Shown here piece after piece: positions 17,412-24,000 of a DNA stretch of 24,000 bases. The notes below the pieces were generated by a model that had not been told where the DNA came from, made no database searches, and saw nothing but the letters and a program-made list of their open reading frames with translations. The position numbers and the translations under genes are program-made. This stretch comes from Singulisphaera sp. GP187 (GTDB lineage: Bacteria; Planctomycetota; Phycisphaerae; Phycisphaerales; SM1A02): NCBI GenBank assembly GCA_945871445.1, contig CAMBWI010000017.1, positions 6,911 to 30,910 of the forward strand. The letters run 5' to 3'. Each line of letters opens with the position of its first letter. Within the stretch, counting starts at the first letter, position 1.

Positions 17412-18345
17412 GTTGCGCCCCAGTCTCTTCGACCATTAAATTGCGAATCACCCAAAGTGTCCCCAGATATAAAAACAGCGCGGGCAACATCCAAACGACC
17501 CCAACAAGTTCGTGAAATTCTCCATCAGTAAAATTCTGATCAAATTGCGTCAGGATTCCCATCGAAGCGATGCGAATCATGTTGACGAGAATGGCGATCG
17601 GTACGCCGCAGAAAACGAGAAGAGATCGCTGCCACCAATTATTCAAATTCGTATATGCGAGAAAAACTCCGAGTGCCAAGAATGCGACAAGCATTCGCAT
17701 TCCAGAACAAGCTTCGGCGATATTCAACGGATACGCAACGCCATCACCCCAAACGGTCAATGTGTTTCCATTGCGCTCGACTTCGGTTCCAATCACTGTC
17801 AAAATAAAATGAGCGCCATATGCAGCAATATCCTGCATTTGAAAGGTCACTTTATTCAGAAGAACTTCGGAAAGAGTTTGGCTAAAGACGCATGTAAATG
17901 CGATTGGAAACCAGAGCCAACGCATTGCGGCTGTTCCAAAGAGCAACCATACATTTCCGAATAAGACAAGCGCCAATCCAACGGCGATAATGTTATGGTG
18001 ATACAAAGGCTTTGGGCCGAAGACGCAGACCATATACCAACAGACACCGAAAACGATGAGCAGCAATCCCCACCAGCACTGTTTGAATGGCTGAAGAGGA
18101 GCCAATTCTGCGCGCCGCATCCATATGAAATATGCTGAAACTCCAGGGATCAGGAGCGTGTGCCCCCAGTCACTTGGCTGAGTCCACGCAAACATAAATT
18201 GCCTACGGAAAAAATCAAAAAAAACCACACCAAAGAGCGCAGCAATAATGCAGCCCGCGGTGATGAGTGTCCCTGTTGATAGCGCAACCTCTGATCTTGC
18301 AAAGGTTGATTTCTGGAACTGCGGTTGGCTATGAATGGCTGACAA
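17401..18345 (-). CDS. Exosortase (EpsH/Xrt family transpeptidase-like membrane protein)
   Basis: It is polytopic and has the N-terminal exosortase signature WTQPSDWGHTLLIPGVSAYFIWMRR. The three conserved putative catalytic positions are present: Cys in IAEACSGMRML, Arg in VNMIRIAS and His in GEFHELVG. The only available start for the full-length N-terminus is TTG at 18345, so the start is uncertain. The subfamily cannot be assigned by eye. Confidence 0.85.
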   Translation of the reverse strand: MSAIHSQPQFQKSTFARSEVALSTGTLITAGCIIAALFGVVFFDFFRRQFMFAWTQPSDWGHTLLIPGVSAYFIWMRRAELAPLQPFKQCWWGLLLIVFGVCWYMVCVFGPKPLYHHNIIAVGLALVLFGNVWLLFGTAAMRWLWFPIAFTCVFSQTLSEVLLNKVTFQMQDIAAYGAHFILTVIGTEVERNGNTLTVWGDGVAYPLNIAEACSGMRMLVAFLALGVFLAYTNLNNWWQRSLLVFCGVPIAILVNMIRIASMGILTQFDQNFTDGEFHELVGVVWMLPALFLYLGTLWVIRNLMVEETGAQRAV

Positions 18346-18454
18346 TGTGGGTGCACTATTGTGACATACAGATACAAATTACATAGTGGCGGTCGTAATA
18401 GTTCGGCAGTTTTATCCCACGACTTGCAGACAAACTTCATGTTTTCGCTTCTGG

Positions 18455-20398
18455 TCACCTGCTGATACTGAGATTATCTGGCGGCGGACCAAAGACATCG
18501 TTACCAAAGTTTCTGTCTAATAAAAAGCCGAATCCATAGGTCATACGAAGCCCATTGCGGAAAACGGCCAATGGAGTTGCCCAGAAGTTGGTTCCGATAA
18601 TCACATGATCATCCTTCTTCAGAATGATGTCCGGCTCTGACATATTTCGGATCGCTCCCAAATTGACCCGAATTGCTGCTTCTCGACCTCCGGGAAGTCT
18701 ACGAACCAAGTCGACTCGTTCGGGAATCGCGATTTCGGACAATCCGCCGGCTGCAGCAACGAGACGGCTGAGAGTCAGACGACCATATGAAGGCAATTGA
18801 AAAACACCAGGGCGACTGATTTCGCCGTCAATATAAACAACACCGATCGGTGGAAATTGCAAATAGATTTCATCGCCTGGTCGGACAACCACATTCTGTG
18901 ATGGATCGCCACGAACAAGTCGGTCATAATCGACTTCGATAATTCGAGTTTTGAATATTGCTCCGGGATCTTTTGGCTGCATCTTCCAACCATCACTCAA
19001 CTTCGCCGCATCTCCTGTGATTGCGGAACCGGTCGGTGTTGGCTTTGTGGGATCTGAAACAATTTCTGGTTGCTTAGGAACATTCGTTCCGCGCAGACGA
19101 ACCCATTGTTGACTGTTCACATCGAAGATGAATGAATCGCCCTCGTTGGAAAGTTGCGATGCGGGTGTTTTTTGAATTGCGTTCTGATTGTTGACATTCG
19201 GTGTATCGGTGACAGAAATTGGTTCGAGCGTATCGATATCAATAATAGGAGGAGTTTGCGTACCGCTGACAGCGCCTGGACTTGGTGCTGGTGCTGGTGC
19301 TGGTGCTGGTGCTGGTGCTGGTGCTGGCGCTGGTGCTGGCGCTGGTGCTGGCGCTGGTGCAGGTGCTTCTTCAGGTTCGAGTGGCGGAACAGGTTCGAGC
19401 CCAGATCCCGTAGTTGGCGCAGGCGTTGGAGTTGGCACGGGCACGGGCGTTGGAGTTGGCGCGGGCGCTGGCGCTGGCGCTGGTGTTGGCGCGGGCGCGG
19501 GCGCGGGCGCGGGTGTTGGCGCGGGCGTTGGAGTTGGTGTTGGCGCGGGCGCTGGCACGGGCGCTGGCGGATCTCCTTCGCTTAACTTATTTATCAGCGA
19601 TTCGATATCGACTGGTGCCGCGGTCGTGCCCGAAGCAGAATTTGGAGCATTTTGTGTTGGATTTGATGGATTCGTTGGGTCAGATCCATCTGAAGTTTGC
19701 GTTGTAGCCGACGATGTATTTGTTGATGAATCAGAAGTTGAAGCCTTCTCTACATCCTGCTCGGTGGTCATTGAACGCACGACAAGCACGCGTTCGGCAA
19801 CGACATCTGCTCCACCAGCCAAAGCGATTGCGTTGGTCAGTCGAAAATTTGGCTTGTTGAGTGCAAAGATTCCCGCATTCTGAATCGCACCCTGAATCGT
19901 AAATTCGAAACTGCGACCTTTCTGAATATCAACAGTCACGACTGGATTTTTAATGAAAGGTTCTAGCTTTTCTCGGATTGATTCACGCAACTCTTCAAGA
20001 GTCAGTCCCGCCGCCTTCACTTCATTGATTGTCGGCAAGCGGATGTAGCCCCCTTGATCGACAACTCGAAGCGCTGCTTCTGTCCTGCCGACTGATATCA
20101 ATTCGTAAATTTCCACTCCAACTTCGTCACCAGAAGCAAGACGATATTGAAGAGTGTTGGCGATGAGATCTTGAGGCTCTGGTGGACCTGTCACACCAAG
20201 AGGCTCTTCTGGAGGCTCGATCACATCAATTCGATCCAGCACCGGCATTGTCGTTGGCGTGTTTTCGTAATACCCAGTCACGCTTGGATTCATATACGAA
20301 TCGGTTTCACAGCCAAGCGTAAAAAACAATGCAAAAAAGGCGCTCAATGAAAGAATTGAGGCGCTTTGTTTGATTCGTTCGTTACGGAAACAAGACAT
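18455..20398 (-). CDS. Outer-membrane polysaccharide export (OPX, Wza-like) lipoprotein with an inserted ~260-aa low-complexity Pro/Ala/Thr/Ser region
   Basis: It has a Poly_export-like segment (YRLASGDEVGVEIYEL ... GGYIRLPTINEVKAAGLTLEELRESIREKL). Two SLBB-like (soluble ligand-binding beta-grasp) segments are present (FTIQGAIQNAGIFAL...AIALAGG and VYIDGEISRPGVFQLPSYGRLTLSRLVAAAGG). The ORF track starts at 20512, but the ATG at 20398 gives a proper lipoprotein signal (MSCFRNERIKQSASILSLSAFFALFFTLGC) and is preferred here. Confidence 0.85.
   Translation of the reverse strand: MSCFRNERIKQSASILSLSAFFALFFTLGCETDSYMNPSVTGYYENTPTTMPVLDRIDVIEPPEEPLGVTGPPEPQDLIANTLQYRLASGDEVGVEIYELISVGRTEAALRVVDQGGYIRLPTINEVKAAGLTLEELRESIREKLEPFIKNPVVTVDIQKGRSFEFTIQGAIQNAGIFALNKPNFRLTNAIALAGGADVVAERVLVVRSMTTEQDVEKASTSDSSTNTSSATTQTSDGSDPTNPSNPTQNAPNSASGTTAAPVDIESLINKLSEGDPPAPVPAPAPTPTPTPAPTPAPAPAPAPTPAPAPAPAPTPTPVPVPTPTPAPTTGSGLEPVPPLEPEEAPAPAPAPAPAPAPAPAPAPAPAPAPAPSPGAVSGTQTPPIIDIDTLEPISVTDTPNVNNQNAIQKTPASQLSNEGDSFIFDVNSQQWVRLRGTNVPKQPEIVSDPTKPTPTGSAITGDAAKLSDGWKMQPKDPGAIFKTRIIEVDYDRLVRGDPSQNVVVRPGDEIYLQFPPIGVVYIDGEISRPGVFQLPSYGRLTLSRLVAAAGGLSEIAIPERVDLVRRLPGGREAAIRVNLGAIRNMSEPDIILKKDDHVIIGTNFWATPLAVFRNGLRMTYGFGFLLDRNFGNDVFGPPPDNLSISR
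19277..19573 (-). repeat. In-frame coding microsatellite blocks encoding (Ala-Pro)n and (Pro-Thr/Pro-Val)n
   Basis: Block A (19284-19367) is 14 consecutive hexamers on the plus strand: seven GGTGCT, then GGCGCT/GGTGCT alternating, with one GGTGCA. It encodes (AP)14 on the minus strand. Block B (about 19415-19568) is a degenerate GGCGCx/GGTGTT/GGAGTT hexamer array encoding PAPTPTPVP-type sequence. Confidence 0.9.
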
Positions 20399-20530
20399 TG
20401 GTGACAACTTCGGTTTCAAATTTAACTCGTATGTGCAACGTAAGCGTGTGAAGAATAGCGAAAGAATTGCTTCAACGCACCAACGACATTCAAAGTTCGC
20501 ACGCGAGACCATAAATCGATAAATGCAATG

Positions 20531-21484
20531 TCATGCTTCAATGCGATTGTGTGCAGCGGTAATGACATTTGCCCCCAATGCCATCTCCAAAACCGCCATT
20601 CGTGCTGCCACACCGTGGGTGACTTGACGGAGAATTCGGCTTCGTAGAGGGTCATCAGCAACTCGATCGTCAATTTCAATCCCTCGGTTCATCGGGCCAG
20701 GATGCAGGATGACCACATGGGGAGCAAGCTTTGCGATCCGCTGAGGTGTGAGCCCGAACATCTGGCGATAATCACTAGAAACAGCTCCTCCTGCTGCGCG
20801 CTCGAATTGAACACGCAACATCATGACAGCATCTACCCCATCGAGGGCAGAATCCAAATCACTCATCGTCAAAACCATCCCAGGACCTTGTGTTATTCGC
20901 TCGAAGGATTTCGAGACCAGCGTCGGTGGACCGACCAAGCGAACATGCGCTCCCAAAGTTGAAAGTGCATGGGTGACTGATCGAGCGACTCGACTGTTGA
21001 TGATGTCGCCGACGATAGCGACAGTTCGGCCTTCAACAGAACCGAATTCCTCCATTAAAGTGGAAATATCAAGAATTGCCTGCGTCGGATGTTCGTGGCG
21101 TCCATCACCTGCATTGATCACTGGGCACTTCACACCATCGGCGACCATTTTTGCTCCGCCAGAGACTGCGCAGCGAACAACAATTGCCGCGACTCCCATA
21201 CACTCAATATTGCGAGCGGTGTCCACGAGAGATTCGCCCTTGCTGATACTCGATCCACTTGGAGTGAGATTGAAGACTTGTCCACCAAGACGATGCACGG
21301 CAGTTTCGAAACTGCAGCGCGTACGAGTCGAATCTTCGAAAAATAAATTTGCGATCACTTGACCGTTCAGCGTTGTTCTGTTGGGTGATCGACCTTCGGC
21401 AATTGAAACATTCTTTTGCGTTGCAGAAAGCAGTCGCAGGAGTTCTTGGCGGGGCATACCCGCGATCGTGAGGAAGTCTGGCAT
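20531..21484 (-). CDS. pyrB: Aspartate carbamoyltransferase catalytic subunit
   Basis: It carries the carbamoyl-phosphate binding motif STRTR (FFEDSTRTRCSFE), HEHPTQA, and the HPGP(MNRG) aspartate-binding region. The length (317 aa) is typical. Confidence 0.95.
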   Translation of the reverse strand: MPDFLTIAGMPRQELLRLLSATQKNVSIAEGRSPNRTTLNGQVIANLFFEDSTRTRCSFETAVHRLGGQVFNLTPSGSSISKGESLVDTARNIECMGVAAIVVRCAVSGGAKMVADGVKCPVINAGDGRHEHPTQAILDISTLMEEFGSVEGRTVAIVGDIINSRVARSVTHALSTLGAHVRLVGPPTLVSKSFERITQGPGMVLTMSDLDSALDGVDAVMMLRVQFERAAGGAVSSDYRQMFGLTPQRIAKLAPHVVILHPGPMNRGIEIDDRVADDPLRSRILRQVTHGVAARMAVLEMALGANVITAAHNRIEA

Positions 21485-21502
21485 AATTTTCGATTCAGCA
21501 AT

Positions 21503-22900
21503 TCAATTCGCGCGAGCCACAGGTGATAATAGTTCAAGTGCTTGCGCAATGGTGCGAATTGAAACGATTGCGCTGCCGTGCCGTTTGATTGAATCTGCCT
21601 GGCCTGCGGGAACAAGAACGTTCGAGCAACCTCTGCGAATAGCTTCCGCAACGCGTTGGTCGAGGGCTCGAACTGGACGAATTTCTCCAGACAAACCAAC
21701 CTCGCCAAGAACTGCGGTTGCTGGAGGAAGCGCGCGCGCCAAATGTGCGCCTGCGATCGACAAGCAAACCGCCAAATCTGCAGCGGGTTCGACGATTCGC
21801 AGACCGCCCGCAACGCTTGCGTAGATGTCTTGATCCGCGAGGCGCAATCCCCCGTGTTTTTCAAGAACCGCGATCATCATCGAGAGTCGTCCACTGTCCA
21901 TTCCACTTGCTTTGCGCTTCGCACTGCCGAGAAATCCAGCGACTGCGAGTGCCTGAATTTCTGCGAGCAAGACTCGACTGCCTGCCATCACTGGCACAAC
22001 AGATGTTCCTGGTCTTGCTTCGGTGGCATTCGCAGCAGCAAGCGCACTCTCATCGACTTCGGCCAACCCTTCGCCAGTCATTTCGAAGAGACCAATCTCG
22101 TGAGTCGACCCAAATCGATTCTTGCTCGCGCGGACGAGGCGATATGCGTGATGACGATCGCCTTCAAAGGAGAGCACGACATCGACAAGGTGTTCGAGCA
22201 ATTTTGGACCAGCGAGATCGCCTTCTTTGGTTACGTGGCCGACGATCATCACAACAGTGCCAGTTGTCTTTGCAAATTGCACGAGTTCCAAACAACATCT
22301 ACGAAGTTGTGTCATCGAACCTGGTAATGCATCTGCGTCATGTCTGTGGACGAGTTGAATGCTGTCGATGGCAAGAACAGACGCGCGCACTCGGCGCGCT
22401 TCGTTGGTGATTCGTGCGACGGAACTTTCTGCGAGGAGAAATAAATTTGCATCGCGAGTCGTTGATGTCATGCCTGCGAGAATTCGCTCCGCGCGCAATT
22501 TGACTTGCTGCGCGCTCTCTTCACTGCTGGCATACAGCACGCGCTCGCCTTGCGCTGCTAATGCGGAAAACGCCTGCAAAAGTAGCGTGCTTTTACCAAT
22601 TCCAGGATCGCCTCCGACCAAGACCGCACTGCCAGGAACCAATCCCCCGCCGAGCGTTCGGTCAAACTCGCTGATTCCCGTTGGCAATCTTGGAACTTCG
22701 AGTGGAGAAATTTCCGCCATCGGTGCTGCGGAAGGAGAAACTCCATCGATGGCAGATCGTGATGTGTCATCGCTTTCGATATCGCTTGCTTGAAATGGTT
22801 CGACCGAATCCCACGCCCCACATTCGACACAGCGACCCGCCCAGCGCGGAAAGATCGCGCCGCACTCGTTGCAGGCAAAGCTGGTCTTGACTTTCGACAC
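21503..22900 (-). CDS. radA: DNA repair protein RadA/Sms
   Basis: It has an N-terminal zinc finger (CNECGAIFPRWAGRCVECGAW), a Walker A motif (GGDPGIGKSTLLLQ), the RadA-specific KNRFG motif and a C-terminal Lon-protease-like domain. The start is GTG at 22900. Confidence 0.95.
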   Translation of the reverse strand: MSKVKTSFACNECGAIFPRWAGRCVECGAWDSVEPFQASDIESDDTSRSAIDGVSPSAAPMAEISPLEVPRLPTGISEFDRTLGGGLVPGSAVLVGGDPGIGKSTLLLQAFSALAAQGERVLYASSEESAQQVKLRAERILAGMTSTTRDANLFLLAESSVARITNEARRVRASVLAIDSIQLVHRHDADALPGSMTQLRRCCLELVQFAKTTGTVVMIVGHVTKEGDLAGPKLLEHLVDVVLSFEGDRHHAYRLVRASKNRFGSTHEIGLFEMTGEGLAEVDESALAAANATEARPGTSVVPVMAGSRVLLAEIQALAVAGFLGSAKRKASGMDSGRLSMMIAVLEKHGGLRLADQDIYASVAGGLRIVEPAADLAVCLSIAGAHLARALPPATAVLGEVGLSGEIRPVRALDQRVAEAIRRGCSNVLVPAGQADSIKRHGSAIVSIRTIAQALELLSPVARAN

Positions 22901-22945
22901 GCTTTACAGTCTATGTCCGATCGGGTGCGATCCGCCGATTGGGGA

Positions 22946-22987
22946 AAAAGCGCAGGCAGAAAAGCGCAGGCAGAAAAGCGCAGGCGC
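22946..22987. repeat. Three tandem copies of a 14-nt unit (AAAAGCGCAGGCAG; the third copy ends GC instead of AG)
   Basis: Read directly at 22946-22959, 22960-22973 and 22974-22987. The array lies in the intergenic region 46-87 nt upstream of the radA start, and the third copy runs into the left arm of the adjacent hairpin. Confidence 0.9.
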
Positions 22988-23017
22988 CGGTCGAGTCGGA
23001 GTTCGGTCGGCGCCTGC
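22980..23017 (-). terminator. GC-rich hairpin, candidate intrinsic terminator for the nuoH / small-ORF transcript
   Basis: A perfect 10-bp stem (GCAGGCGCCG at 22980-22989 pairs with CGGCGCCTGC at 23008-23017) encloses 18 nt. On the minus strand the stem is followed by GCTTTTCTGCC..., giving a U-tract 2 nt after the stem. On the plus strand it is followed only by TTT. Function is not proven. Confidence 0.4.
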
Positions 23018-23101
23018 TTTGAAACACAAATGTTGTTCGATCGTGTGGCGCTGCGATACGCCACAAGCGAACTGTAACCGATGATGACGAGAAATTGCAA
23101 G

Positions 23102-23314
23102 TCAGCGCATGAAGTGTCGCATGCGAGCGACCCAAGCGCCGTACTCCAGCATTGCATGCAGACGAGCACCACGCGAGATCGAAGATGGGTTCAAACCAAA
23201 AGCAGTTTCATCGCGCCATTTCCAATATCGGCTTCGCATTCGAAACTTTGATGAAAGCGCCAATCGTGCGAGGGCGAAGATTGATCGCAGAATGTCGAAG
23301 AAGGAAAGGCGCAC
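23102..23314 (-). CDS. Possible small hypothetical protein (70 aa), weakly supported
   Basis: The GTG start lies 3 nt after the nuoH stop. The N-terminus is hydrophobic or amphipathic (LSFFDILRSIFALARLAL), and the codon choices resemble neighbouring genes. I recognise no family, and a similar-sized antisense ORF (23109-23324 +) exists, so this may be spurious. Confidence 0.3.
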   Translation of the reverse strand: MRLSFFDILRSIFALARLALSSKFRMRSRYWKWRDETAFGLNPSSISRGARLHAMLEYGAWVARMRHFMR

Positions 23315-23317
23315 GGT

Positions 23318-24000
23318 TCAGTGAATGGACATCGTCCCTTGACGAGGATCTGGAATCGCAGCATCGTTGAGTGCGATGGGATGCTTGGATGCGGTGACAA
23401 CTCGTTCGTCCGCGAGCGGCGAAAAGCGACTGCCGATGATTGGAATGCGGCGGTTTGGATTTTCTTGCCGGGGCATAAACGGGAATGCGATCCAGATGAT
23501 CGCCAAGCACGCACCAGTTGCGATCCACATGTATTGAGTAATTCCGTAATAGGTCATGACTGCCGCAGATGCCAAGAGAAGAATCGAGACTGGGATCATC
23601 CCCTGCCAAGCAAGTTTCATCAGTTGATCGAAGCGGAATCGTGGCAGAGTCCAACGAATCGCCATAGTGAAAGCGACCATAAATGCCGTCTTTCCAATCA
23701 TGATTGCCATTTGCAGAAGAATTAATCCGATTCCTCCAACAAGCGGAAGATCCCAATTCCAACTCGCGGGAACAAGTCCACCAAATGGATTCACGCTCCA
23801 TCCGCCAAGGAAAAGCAACGCGAAGAATGCAGAACCTGTGATAACGTGGAAATATTCTGCGAGGAAGAACATTGCAAATCGCATTGACGAATATTCCGTG
23901 TGAAATCCACCGACTAATTCGCTTTCAGCTTCGGCAAGGTCGAATGGCGCACGATTGGATTCGGCCAACATACATGTATAGAAGAGAATCGCAGCGAGAG
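23318..24000 (-). CDS. nuoH: NADH-quinone oxidoreductase subunit H, C-terminal part (5' end lies outside the window)
   Basis: The highly conserved NuoH segment LAESNRAPFDLAEAESELVGGFHTEYSSMRFAMFFLAEY is present. The frame stays open upstream of the listed Met through base 24000 (...LAAILFYTCMLAES...). The protein is polytopic. Confidence 0.93.
   Translation of the reverse strand, partial: LAAILFYTCMLAESNRAPFDLAEAESELVGGFHTEYSSMRFAMFFLAEYFHVITGSAFFALLFLGGWSVNPFGGLVPASWNWDLPLVGGIGLILLQMAIMIGKTAFMVAFTMAIRWTLPRFRFDQLMKLAWQGMIPVSILLLASAAVMTYYGITQYMWIATGACLAIIWIAFPFMPRQENPNRRIPIIGSRFSPLADERVVTASKHPIALNDAAIPDPRQGTMSIH

Noticed and set aside
19277-19573. A possible CRISPR array or non-coding satellite.
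   Set aside because: The units are 6 nt long with no spacers, and they lie entirely in frame within a coding sequence. This is not CRISPR architecture. The repeat contains GCTGGTGC, which resembles the E. coli Chi site (GCTGGTGG) but differs at the last base, so I do not claim a Chi site.
19188-19883. A 231-aa plus-strand ORF rich in Gly-Ala repeats (GAGAGAG...), plus Trp/Arg-rich and Leu/Ala/Arg-rich frames over the same DNA.
   Set aside because: These are the other reading frames of the hexamer microsatellite. The minus-strand frame continues seamlessly into conserved Poly_export and SLBB sequence on both sides, so the Ala-Pro frame is the real one.
18346-20530. Promoters upstream of the exosortase gene (18346-18454) and of the OPX gene (20399-20530).
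   Set aside because: Both gaps are relatively AT-rich and contain TTGxxx hexamers. I could not find a -35/-10 pair with acceptable spacing, so no promoter is asserted.
21656-22410. Two plus-strand ORFs of 223-230 aa inside radA.
   Set aside because: They lie antisense to a RadA frame that carries the zinc finger, Walker A and KNRFG motifs, and they are Arg/Ser-rich with no motifs of their own.
22558-23172. A 204-aa minus-strand ORF running from the intergenic region into radA.
   Set aside because: It is out of frame with radA over 343 nt, reads across the tandem repeat and hairpin, and has no recognisable features.
23208-23801. A 197-aa alternative-frame ORF and a 134-aa antisense ORF within nuoH.
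   Set aside because: The NuoH frame contains the highly conserved AESNRAPFDLAEAESELV segment, and the alternative frames have no support.
1-24000. A phage-defence system, toxin-antitoxin pair, mobile element, integrase, tRNA or rRNA gene.
   Set aside because: Every sizeable ORF is accounted for by housekeeping or envelope-biogenesis families. No nuclease, ATPase, methylase or transposase-like translation was seen outside radA and rsmH. The non-coding gaps are too short or lack the structure for tRNA genes, and no terminal inverted repeats were noticed by eye.

Overview
The window holds two convergent blocks that meet at about 3974-4020. The plus-strand block (1-3973) is a 5'-truncated 2-oxoglutarate dehydrogenase E1 gene (sucA), the E2 succinyltransferase gene (sucB) and an unknown lipoprotein gene. 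The minus-strand block (24000 down to 4021) starts with a truncated nuoH, a doubtful small ORF and a repeat/hairpin region. From radA it then runs about 19 kb with no gap over about 130 nt. The order is radA, pyrB, a Wza-like outer-membrane polysaccharide export (OPX) lipoprotein with a large Pro/Ala/Thr insert, exosortase, EpsI, a 1613-aa membrane-anchored TPR protein, a Wzz/Wzc-like protein whose P-loop lysine is replaced, and a WecA-like priming glycosyltransferase. It continues without a break into rsmH, a double-LysM protein, an FtsL-like protein and ftsI. I saw no tRNA, rRNA, CRISPR array, transposase, integrase or recognisable defence genes. The most unusual feature is an exosortase-centred export module that has no substrate, polymerase, flippase or regulator genes in view and is coupled to a truncated dcw (cell division and cell wall) cluster lacking mraZ. 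The component families are all known, so any novelty lies in the architecture and is inferred from the sequence alone. All family calls rest on motifs read by eye from the translations; no database search was possible.
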